Below, piece after piece: positions 1 through 8,514 of a DNA stretch of 64,000 nt (the stretch's first letter is position 1; the number at the start of each line of letters is the position of its first letter). The notes under the pieces are model-generated. The model saw only the letters and a list, made by a program, of their open reading frames with translations, ran no database searches and had not been told where the DNA came from. Origin of the DNA: Escherichia phage KarlSchell_Bas89; sequence record PQ850613.1. One strand, 5' to 3'. Made by a program: the position numbers and the translations under genes.

Positions 1-1542
1 ATGTCATTAGATAAAGAAATATATGAAGCTCTCACTGGAGATAAACTAACAGTAGAGGAAAAGAAGCATCTGTTAGGAATATTAAAAGAGCGAGATACAT
101 GGAGAAAGTATAACAAGATGTTAGCTTTCAAAGCATACGACTTTCAGAAGAAGTTTTATGCAGCAGGACTGAAGCATCGCTTTAGGTTCCTGTGCGCAGC
201 TAACCGTGTTGGTAAATCTTATAGCGAGGCATACGAGTTTGCTTGTCATGTCACAGGTCGCTACCCAACTTGGTGGACTGGATACAAATTTAAAAGACCT
301 ATCCTTGCATGGGCAGTCGGGATTACAGGGGATTCCACAAGAAAGGTTTTGCAAAAGGAATTGTTTGGCACACCTATTGGAAAAGATACAGATCTTATTG
401 GTACAGGTGTGATTCCTCGTGATGCTATTGTCATAGACACAATAGAACGAGATGGTAACAAGCTTCAGATCGTACAAATTAAACATCAAAATGAAAGGGG
501 AGAGTTTGACGGCCTGAGCACATTAGAATTCCGTTCAACCCAACAGGGTGAACATACATTGATGGGTGCTACAGTTGATTATATTTGGCTGGACGAAGAA
601 GATCCTTATGAAAGTATGGCAATCTTCTCTCAGTGTGTAACACGTACACTCACAACTAAAGGTTTAGTAACAATTACTGCTACACCAGAGAACGGTTTAA
701 CAGAGCTGGTGGACAAGTTTATGAAAGGTGAAGGTGATGCAGATACAGGTTCTCTGTATTTCCAGAATGCTTCTTGGTGGGATGCACATGTTGACTTAGG
801 TGGTCACATCTCAGACAAGGATATAAAGGATATGACCGAAGGTATTCCTGCTTGGCAGCTAGAGATGCGCTCCAAAGGTATGCCTCTGTTGGGTTCAGGT
901 TTGATTTATGATGTATCTGATGACGCAGTTAAGTGTGAACCATTCGATATCCCTGATACATGGAAACGTGTGTGTGCGGTTGATATTGGTATTGATCACC
1001 CTACTGCTGCTGTTTGGTCGGCTTACGACGCTAACACTGATACTATTTACATCTATGACTGCTATAAAGAAGGTGGTTACACTCCAGCTTATCATGCTCC
1101 GGCTATTAATGGTCGAGGACAGTGGATTCCGGTGGTGTTACCTCACGATGCTGACAACCTTGAGAAAGGTAGTGGTTCTTCAGTGGCCCAATTCTATAGG
1201 AATGCAGGGGTTAACGTACAATCTGAGACCTTCTACAACAAGATTGGAATGGATGGTAAAAAGAACTTCTTTGTAGAGCCGGGAATTACAGATATTCGTG
1301 AACGTATGATGTCAGGTCGATTCAAGATCTTTAATACTGCTTCCTGTGCTAAACTCTTTGAAGAAAAAGCACGATACCACCGTAAGGTTGGTAGGATTGT
1401 TAAAGAACATGATGACTTGATGGATGCGATGCGCTATTCTGCTTGTTCCGTAACACATAGAGGTCGTAGTAAACACGATGCTAGCTACGGAAGCTCGTCG
1501 CTTTATCAAGAAAATATTAACAGATGGAATTCGAGTTACTAA
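1..1542 (+). CDS. terL: terminase large subunit; true start may lie upstream of the window
   Basis: Walker A-like 'CAANRVGKS', Walker B-like 'VDYIWLDEED', RNaseH-like nuclease half 'CAVDIGIDHPTAAVW'; sits directly before the putative portal. Confidence 0.8.
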   Translation: MSLDKEIYEALTGDKLTVEEKKHLLGILKERDTWRKYNKMLAFKAYDFQKKFYAAGLKHRFRFLCAANRVGKSYSEAYEFACHVTGRYPTWWTGYKFKRPILAWAVGITGDSTRKVLQKELFGTPIGKDTDLIGTGVIPRDAIVIDTIERDGNKLQIVQIKHQNERGEFDGLSTLEFRSTQQGEHTLMGATVDYIWLDEEDPYESMAIFSQCVTRTLTTKGLVTITATPENGLTELVDKFMKGEGDADTGSLYFQNASWWDAHVDLGGHISDKDIKDMTEGIPAWQLEMRSKGMPLLGSGLIYDVSDDAVKCEPFDIPDTWKRVCAVDIGIDHPTAAVWSAYDANTDTIYIYDCYKEGGYTPAYHAPAINGRGQWIPVVLPHDADNLEKGSGSSVAQFYRNAGVNVQSETFYNKIGMDGKKNFFVEPGITDIRERMMSGRFKIFNTASCAKLFEEKARYHRKVGRIVKEHDDLMDAMRYSACSVTHRGRSKHDASYGSSSLYQENINRWNSSY

Positions 1543-1609
1543 ATTACAGGGGAGGCTAAGGTCTCCCTTTAGTAATTCCTTCCCAGCTATCAACCGAGGG
1601 AGAGATTAG

Positions 1610-3853
1610 ATGGCTAAGAAGAATTTTAGTGAAGATGTATTGGATGAACTGCGCGTTGACCTTCAACGTCGATTCAACTACGCTCAAGGCTACGTAGATA
1701 TCGCTGTAAAAGGCTATGCTCGCGAGGCTTGGGAATATTTTTATGGGAACCTTCCTGCTCCAGTTACAGCTGGTAGCTCTAGTTGGGTCGATCGTACAGT
1801 ATGGGAATCAGTAAACGGTACACTCCAAGATATCATCAACGTATTCTGTTCAGGTGATGAAGCAGTAACATTTGTAGCAGACAACCAAGCAGACAGCGAT
1901 GCAGCTGACGTAGCAACTAAGCTCGTTAACCAAATCCTGTTGCGTGATAATCCGGGATACAATGTTATTTCCTCAGCGGCACAAGAGTGTCTTGTCACTC
2001 GTAACTCTTTTATCAAATATTATTGGGATGAACAAACCTCCACTCAGACAGAAGAGGCAGAGGGCGTACCTCCAGAAGCACTTGCTGCATATGTGCAGGG
2101 ATTAGAGGCTGGTGGTCTTGAAGAGTTAGAAGTATTTACCACTGATAATGATGACGGCACAGTGGACGTCAAGGTTAACTACAAACAAACAGTAAAACGT
2201 GTGAAGGTTGAGTATGTTCCTTCCGAACAAATCTTTGTAGATGAACATGCAACCAGCTTTGCTGATGCACAATATTTCTGTCATCGTGTACGTCGTTCTA
2301 AAGAAGATCTCGTAGCTATGGGTTTCCCTAAAGATGAGATTGAAGCTTTTAACGATTGGACGGATACGATGGACACTACCCAATCAACTGTTGCTTGGTC
2401 ACGTACTGACTGGCGTCAGGATACAGATGCAGATATCGGTGTAGATACTGAAGATATCGCTTCTATGGTTTGGGTTTATGAACATTACATCCGTACTGGT
2501 GTACTGGATAAGAATAAAGAATCAAAACTCTATCAGGTTATCCAAGCAGGTGAGCATATTCTTACTTGTGAGGAAGTAACCAGTATTCCGTTCGTAACTT
2601 TCTGCCCGTACCCAATTCCGGGTTCATTTTATGGTCAGTCTGTCTATGACATTACGAAAGATATCCAAGATTTACGTACCGCACTAGTTCGTGGTTATAT
2701 TGATAACGTAAACAATGCTAACTATGGTCGTTATAAAGCGATTGTAGGGGCGTATGACCGTCGCTCTTTGCTAGACAACCGTCCGGGTGGAGTTGTTGAA
2801 ATGGAGCGTCAGGATGCGATTGATTTGTTCCCATACCACAATCTACCTCAGGGTATTGAGGGTCTGTTGGGAATGTCTGAAGAATTGAAAGAAACTCGTA
2901 CAGGTGTCACTAAGCTCGGAATGGGTATTAACCCTGATGTGTTTAAGAATGACAACGCCTATGCTACTGTAGGTTTGATGATGAATGCAGCTCAGAACCG
3001 CCTCCGTATGGTATGCCGTAACATTGCACACAATGGCATGGTTGAGTTAATGCGTGGAATCTACAACCTTATCAGAGAAAATGGTGAAACTCCTTTACAG
3101 GTTCAAACACCTCGTGGAATGGTTCAGGTAAATCCGAAACAGTTACCACCTCGTCATAATTTACAAGTTGTTGTAGCTATCTCTCCTAATGAGAAAGCAG
3201 AACGTGCACAGAAACTGATTAGTCTGAAACAGCTGATTGCTGCTGACCAACAGTTAGCACCTCTCTTTACTCTGGAGCAAGATCGTTACATGACTGCACA
3301 GATCTTTGAGTTGATGGGAATTAAGGATACTCATAAATACTTAATGCCTCTTGAACAATATCAGCCACCGCAGCCGTCTCCGATGGAAATTCTCCAGCTG
3401 GAAATGACTAAAGCTCAGGTTGAGAACGTACAGGCTTCTTCTCAGAAGATGATTGCTGATGCATTCGACCAGCGTGAACGTACTACATTTGAACAGCAGA
3501 AAGCTGCCGATGAGTTCAGTCTGAAGCAGGAAGAGTTGCAGTTCAAGCAAGAAAATGCAGCAGATGTAATGACCTTAGAGAATCGTAAGGAAGATAATAG
3601 TGCTACTCTGGAACAAGCTAAACACAAACTGTCTCTTCTTCAGCAGCAGGTTCGTCAGTATGAATCCGTACTGAAAGAACTACAGATGGTTATGGACCAT
3701 CAGGTTGACCAAGAGAAGATTGTTGCTCAAGCACAGGTTCAGGATAAGACTTTGGAACTCCAAAAGAAAGAGTCAAATGTAACTAAGAAAGACCAACAGA
3801 AGACTCTAAAAGATTCTAGGATTCCTAACAGGCGTCTTGGTAGTAAAAAATAA
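1610..3853 (+). CDS. putative portal protein (747 aa)
   Basis: Position between terminase and scaffold/capsid, size, Q/E-rich coiled-coil C-terminus; RBS GAGGGAGAG before ATG; no specific motif verified. Confidence 0.55.
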   Translation: MAKKNFSEDVLDELRVDLQRRFNYAQGYVDIAVKGYAREAWEYFYGNLPAPVTAGSSSWVDRTVWESVNGTLQDIINVFCSGDEAVTFVADNQADSDAADVATKLVNQILLRDNPGYNVISSAAQECLVTRNSFIKYYWDEQTSTQTEEAEGVPPEALAAYVQGLEAGGLEELEVFTTDNDDGTVDVKVNYKQTVKRVKVEYVPSEQIFVDEHATSFADAQYFCHRVRRSKEDLVAMGFPKDEIEAFNDWTDTMDTTQSTVAWSRTDWRQDTDADIGVDTEDIASMVWVYEHYIRTGVLDKNKESKLYQVIQAGEHILTCEEVTSIPFVTFCPYPIPGSFYGQSVYDITKDIQDLRTALVRGYIDNVNNANYGRYKAIVGAYDRRSLLDNRPGGVVEMERQDAIDLFPYHNLPQGIEGLLGMSEELKETRTGVTKLGMGINPDVFKNDNAYATVGLMMNAAQNRLRMVCRNIAHNGMVELMRGIYNLIRENGETPLQVQTPRGMVQVNPKQLPPRHNLQVVVAISPNEKAERAQKLISLKQLIAADQQLAPLFTLEQDRYMTAQIFELMGIKDTHKYLMPLEQYQPPQPSPMEILQLEMTKAQVENVQASSQKMIADAFDQRERTTFEQQKAADEFSLKQEELQFKQENAADVMTLENRKEDNSATLEQAKHKLSLLQQQVRQYESVLKELQMVMDHQVDQEKIVAQAQVQDKTLELQKKESNVTKKDQQKTLKDSRIPNRRLGSKK

Positions 3854-3862
3854 GGACACTGA

Positions 3863-4099
3863 ATGAATACACAACATCAATTCAATAAAGAGCATGCCGC
3901 CAGTTTGGCGGCTCTCAATCTTACAGGCAGTCTTGACGCAGCATTAGAGGCATTGAAAGAGAAACTCATGAAAGAAATCGTATCAACCGAGCCTCATGAG
4001 AACAAGAAACGCGAAGATTGTTATCAAAAGTATAAAATGGTGGGTAGCTTAAAAGAGGTCATAAAAGCTGCTATCAATAGTGCAGGAGATGTTTCATAA
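3863..4099 (+). CDS. hypothetical small head-module protein
   Basis: 78-aa ORF, stop overlaps next start (TAATG). Confidence 0.4.
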   Translation: MNTQHQFNKEHAASLAALNLTGSLDAALEALKEKLMKEIVSTEPHENKKREDCYQKYKMVGSLKEVIKAAINSAGDVS

Positions 4100-5181
4100 T
4101 GCCACAAGATAATTATATTGACCCGAACGATTTTAAATCTTTCCTCCAACTGGATGACCTGAAAGGTTCCTTCAAAGAAGAACTTGGTCGATTAGAATCT
4201 GAACAAGAGCCAGAAGTGGACATTGACGAAGACTTCCCTGAATCTCAGGCTGATGACTTCGACATTGACACCGACCTTCTCGGCAAAGGCGATACGCTAG
4301 CGTTCGAAGATGAAGATGGATGGGAAGATGAAGAAGAAACGGAAGACGAAGCAGATGAGACTGATGATGTTGTCGAGGATGACGAATCAGATGAGTCCAG
4401 TGATGCTGAACACGAAGAAACAGCTGACGAGGATGTAGACTACGAAGACGGCGACGTCTACGATGTTGACTACGAAACCGTTATCACTCTTCCGGATGGT
4501 CGTGAAATGACAATCGAAGAATTGTCTAACGGCTACTTAACTGGTTCAGCGATGACCGAACGAGAAGAAACTCTCCAACGTCATGTTGAAGCTTTTGAAG
4601 AACGTGTTGTAGGTTTGAAGGATGTATTAGATTTGGCGTCTCTGGAAGCAGACCGTGTAATTGAAGATTACAACGGCTTTGATTGGGACAAGCTCGCACA
4701 AGAAGATCCTCAGGCTTATGTAGAAAACAAACGTTTCTTAGAAAAATATGTAGCTCGTCGTCAGCAGCTGGAAGCAGCTCAGGCTAAGGCTAAACAGGAA
4801 GCGCAAGCTAAAGAAGAGGCTGTATTCCGCTCTAAGAGTGCTGAATGTGTTGCTATTCTGAAGCGTGAGATTCCTAATTGGGATGAGAATCTGTATCAGG
4901 GACTGATGCAATATGCAATTGATCTCGGTGCTACAGAGGAAGAAGTATTGCGGGAGAATCGTCCGTCTATCTTCTTGGCTTTACATAAAGCATACCAGTT
5001 TGATAAAGGTAAGCAACAGGTAATGGCTAAGATTAAACGTCCGGGTGCTCCACGAAAAGTCGTGAAGTCTGATGCTTCTAAAGCTCGTACTTCCGGTAAG
5101 CCAGACAACGCTAAGGTTGCCAAGGCATTTGCAGAGGGTCGTATTCGTCATGAAGATGCATTTAAGTATCTTGTAGATTAA
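4099..5181 (+). CDS. putative scaffolding protein (acidic)
   Basis: Very D/E-rich N-terminal half, coiled-coil character, located between portal and capsid. Confidence 0.5.
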   Translation: MPQDNYIDPNDFKSFLQLDDLKGSFKEELGRLESEQEPEVDIDEDFPESQADDFDIDTDLLGKGDTLAFEDEDGWEDEEETEDEADETDDVVEDDESDESSDAEHEETADEDVDYEDGDVYDVDYETVITLPDGREMTIEELSNGYLTGSAMTEREETLQRHVEAFEERVVGLKDVLDLASLEADRVIEDYNGFDWDKLAQEDPQAYVENKRFLEKYVARRQQLEAAQAKAKQEAQAKEEAVFRSKSAECVAILKREIPNWDENLYQGLMQYAIDLGATEEEVLRENRPSIFLALHKAYQFDKGKQQVMAKIKRPGAPRKVVKSDASKARTSGKPDNAKVAKAFAEGRIRHEDAFKYLVD

Positions 5182-5222
5182 TCGACAAATTTATTTTTTA
5201 ATAGTATAGGAGCTAACATAAC

Positions 5223-6296
5223 ATGGCAAATCCAACTTTATTTGTATCTTACGACCAGAACGGTAAAAAACTTTCCTTCGCTAACTGGATTTCTGTTCTG
5301 TCCCCGCAAGACACTCCGTTTGTGTCTATGACTGGTAAAGAGTCTATTAACCAGACTATTTTCAGCTGGCAGACCGACGCACTGGCAGCAGTTGATGCAT
5401 CTAACGCACACATCGAAGGCTCTCGTGCTGATGATGGCGAAATGCAGCCGACTGTAATCAAATCGAACGTTACTCAGATCCTGCGTAAAGTTGTTCGTGT
5501 ATCTGATACCGCTAACACCACCGCTAACTACGGTCGTGGTCGCGAACTGATGTATCAGCTGGAGAAGAAAGGTAAAGAGATCAAGCGTGACCTCGAAAAA
5601 ATCCTTCTGTCCGGTCAGGCTCGTACCGACGTGCTGGCTGACCAGTACCTGACTAACTCTGCAACTGATCCTGATCTGGTTGGTAAGAATGACACCAATG
5701 CAGCTCGTAAGACTGGTGCTTTCCAGTTCCTGTGTGCTCACGGCGGTCTGACCGGTGCTTCTGGTTCTCAGGTTGTTGATAAAACTAAGAACGGTCCTGC
5801 TGACCCGGATACTGGTGCAGTAACTGTTAAAGTTGCACAGAATGCTTCTAACCCGACCACTAACGTTGGTTTTGACGAAGCTGATATCTTTGATATGACT
5901 CTGCAACTGTACACTGCTGGTTCTGAAGCTGATATTATCATGATCAACCCTGCTCATGCTAAGATCTTTGCTGCTCTTCAGGAAAACTCTGTTGGTTCTC
6001 GTCAGCGTATCTTTGAGAACACCAAGCAGTTCATCTATGAAGTTAACAGCATCACTGACCCGCTGGGCCAGAGCTACAAAATCATCGTTAACCGTTGGAT
6101 GCCTACCGATGCAGTATACTTCTTCCGTAGTGCTGACTGGACTCAGATGGTCCTGCGTGCTCCGAAGCGTACTGAACTGGCTAAAGATGGTTCTTATGAG
6201 AAGTGGATGATTGAAATGGAAGTTGGTCTGCGTCACCGCAACCCTTATGCTTCTGGTGTTCTGTTCACTGCTGCGGGAAAGGTAGCGGCGGCGTAA
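5223..6296 (+). CDS. major capsid protein (short form, 357 aa)
   Basis: Strong RBS TAGGAG 8 nt upstream, position after scaffold, followed by a frameshift-accessible Ig-like extension as in T7 10A/10B. Confidence 0.65.
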   Translation: MANPTLFVSYDQNGKKLSFANWISVLSPQDTPFVSMTGKESINQTIFSWQTDALAAVDASNAHIEGSRADDGEMQPTVIKSNVTQILRKVVRVSDTANTTANYGRGRELMYQLEKKGKEIKRDLEKILLSGQARTDVLADQYLTNSATDPDLVGKNDTNAARKTGAFQFLCAHGGLTGASGSQVVDKTKNGPADPDTGAVTVKVAQNASNPTTNVGFDEADIFDMTLQLYTAGSEADIIMINPAHAKIFAALQENSVGSRQRIFENTKQFIYEVNSITDPLGQSYKIIVNRWMPTDAVYFFRSADWTQMVLRAPKRTELAKDGSYEKWMIEMEVGLRHRNPYASGVLFTAAGKVAAA

Positions 6297-7660
6297 CAGT
6301 AGATACCGTAACTGTTAGTCCTTCGTCGGTTGCAAGCCTTCCGACGGGGGCTACTCAGCAGTTTACAGCTACAGCAGAAATGAGCGACGGCTCCACAAGC
6401 ACAACCGGATTTAATTGGTCCGTTGAAGGCGGTGGGGCTGTTTCTGTTTCTGGGCTATATACTGCACCGAGTGCGTCGCAAGAAACCCCAGCAACTATTA
6501 CGGCAACTAAAGGTGGTAAGACAGGTACTTCTACAGTCCAATCTGTTTTTGAGCCCGCTACTATCGAAGCTAAAGCTAACATCACAGGTAAGATTGGTGG
6601 AAGTACTACAGCCTTTACTACAATGTTCACATCAACTAATTCTTCGGCAGAAGATTATTCTTTTGTTGTATCTCCAACATCAGCAGGAACTGTCAGTGCA
6701 GCAGGAGTTTTAACTTTGAGTAACAATGCAACAGGTACAGTTACTGTTAAAGCTACCCATAAAACTCAACCAGGAGTTGAAGCCACTGTAACCTTTACAG
6801 GTGTTGTTGCCAAAGCGGCTATTACTGGAAAAACAGTCACAGGTAAAATTGGGGGCGATACTGTTGCGTTTGCTGATCTATTTACAGCAACAAACTCTTC
6901 CGCATCCAATTACAACTTCGTAGCTAACCCTTCTGGAATGACTACCTCTATCAACACTAACACTGGACTTGTTACTTTATCGGCTAATGCTACAGGTGAT
7001 GTAACAATTACAACTACTCACAAAACTCAAACCTCAGTTACTGCTACAGGGACCATCAGTGGTGTAGTTCCTAAAGCCACTATCACAGGTAAATCTCTTA
7101 CCGGTAAAGTTGGGGGTGATGTGATTCCTTTCGCGGATATGTTCACCAGTAACAAACCAGCATCAGAATTCAACTACGTGTTGACTCCGACTGGTGATGT
7201 AGGTGAAATTAACACTACTACAGGTGCACTGACTCTCTTAGATGCTCCTACAGATGAGCTTATTAGTGTTAAAGCTACCCATAAAACTCAAACTTCTGTA
7301 ACGGCAACCGCTACAATCACAGCCACTCCGAAACTTACGGGCCTTGTTGCTTCTAATGTTTCTAATACTGTGGTCGTAGGTGCTCCAGAGAACCCTCTTG
7401 CTACAGACTCTATCACAATCACTGACTCCGCTCAACCGGGTGTAGTTCGTTTTGATGGTGTACCTCAGGGTTCGGTAGTTGGTGCTCTGTCTTATGACAC
7501 AGAAGGTACTGATGTAGGTTTGATGGAAGTTGATTTAACAGGTCAGGTGTTGACAATCACTTTATCAGCTCCGATTACCAGTGAAGATACTAAAATCTCA
7601 ATCAGAACTAACCCAGCCTCTACAATATTCCGTACTTATGTTGTCAAGTCTGGTGCATAA
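5223..7660 (+). CDS. predicted long capsid form via -1 programmed frameshift: capsid body fused to a ~459-aa Ig-like (Big_2-type) extension
   Basis: -1 frame is open from 6215 to 7660; slippery heptamer G_GGA_AAG at 6275-6281 in the capsid frame; a Big_2-like domain ('VTVSPSSVASLPTGATQQFTATAEMSDGS...') begins upstream of the ATG at 6380 and runs through it. Confidence 0.55.
6275..6281 (+). promoter_or_regulatory. candidate -1 ribosomal slippery site GGGAAAG (X_XXY_YYZ) near the capsid 3' end
   Basis: Heptamer is in register with capsid codons GCG-GGA-AAG; after slippage the reading continues GSGGVTVDTVTVSPSS... Confidence 0.5.
6557..7330 (+). repeat. three tandem ~83-aa Ig-like domain repeats within the capsid extension (coding repeats)
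   Basis: Repeated blocks 'ITGK..TGKIGGDTVAFADLFTATNSS..NY.FV...TG.VT..ATHKTQTSVTAT' starting near 6557, 6806 and 7069. Confidence 0.6.
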
Positions 7661-7664
7661 ACCT

Positions 7665-7700
7665 AAGCTGCCTTCGGGCGGCTTTTCTTGTTTTAAGACC
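7665..7700 (+). terminator. intrinsic terminator (GC stem, UUCG loop, U-tract)
   Basis: agctgcc-ttcg-ggcggct followed by tttcttgtttt. Confidence 0.6.
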
Positions 7701-7716
7701 TATACATGACCAAGTG

Positions 7717-7726
7717 TAATGTATAT
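7717..7726 (+). promoter_or_regulatory. recurrent promoter-like motif TAATGTATAT, 33 nt upstream of the 7759 gene
   Basis: Same 10-mer recurs upstream of other genes on both strands (24565, 34531, 34459 minus, 45655 minus). Confidence 0.4.
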
Positions 7727-7758
7727 TCTTTGTCTACATACAACTAGGAGGACAATCT

Positions 7759-8505
7759 ATGGCGATGCCAGACGTTCAGTACCCAATTAATACCTACGGA
7801 TGGCTTAAGAAGGCTGTGTCCCTCTGGGCTGACCGTGATGACCCTGAATTTGTTAATCAAATTCCAAACTTTATTAACTTTGCAGAAAAGGAAATCTATC
7901 GTAATTTACGTATTCCTCCTCTGGAAAAAGAAGTCTATTTAGATATTAAAGATGGTGTGGCTTTTATCCCACCAGATTACTTAGAAGCTCAGTGGATGAT
8001 GAGATCTAAAGATGGTTTAATCTTCCGTGTAACTTCTCTTGAAGAAGTGGATTGGCTTAAACGTAATAACTCAGTCAACCCTACTAATTGGAATCAGGGA
8101 GAAGTTGTCTTTGCTCGTTTGGGTAGTCGATTTATCTTCTATCCTGCAATTGAAGCAGATACTCCAGTTTACCCCGATGATGGCAGCCCTGAGATTCCAG
8201 CAGACAATGCGGTTATCCTCAGCTATTATGCTGACCCACCAGAATTTTGGGAAGACTCAGATACGAGTGCTATTCTTACTATAGCCCCAGAGCTTCTGTT
8301 ATATTTTGCTTTACGTCATGCTTCCTTGTTTGTTCAGGATGACAATGCAGTTCAGAAGTGGTCTGCTTTAGGTAAGGCTATTCTTGATGAAGTTGTTGAG
8401 CAGAGTAAGAAAGCAGAATACTCAGGTTCACCTTTAGTTATTCCTAACACGATTAGCCGTCTACATAGCTCTCGTGAAGTATATGGGATTCGTCGTTTTA
8501 GATAA
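7759..8505 (+). CDS. hypothetical virion protein (248 aa)
   Basis: RBS AGGAGG; located in the structural arm directly before the tail fiber genes. Confidence 0.4.
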   Translation: MAMPDVQYPINTYGWLKKAVSLWADRDDPEFVNQIPNFINFAEKEIYRNLRIPPLEKEVYLDIKDGVAFIPPDYLEAQWMMRSKDGLIFRVTSLEEVDWLKRNNSVNPTNWNQGEVVFARLGSRFIFYPAIEADTPVYPDDGSPEIPADNAVILSYYADPPEFWEDSDTSAILTIAPELLLYFALRHASLFVQDDNAVQKWSALGKAILDEVVEQSKKAEYSGSPLVIPNTISRLHSSREVYGIRRFR

Positions 8506-8514
8506 GGAGAGAAT

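Noticed and set aside
5238-6236. 332-aa minus-strand ORF antisense to the capsid gene
   Set aside because: It is a shadow ORF of a highly expressed plus-strand gene, with no RBS and low-complexity composition. The same applies to other long antisense ORFs (53293-53880 plus, 57527-58096 plus, 12754-13251 minus).
6557-7330. Tandem repeats that could have been a CRISPR array or non-coding satellite
   Set aside because: The repeats are about 250 nt long, in frame and encode Ig-like domains with synonymous divergence; there is no short repeat-spacer periodicity.
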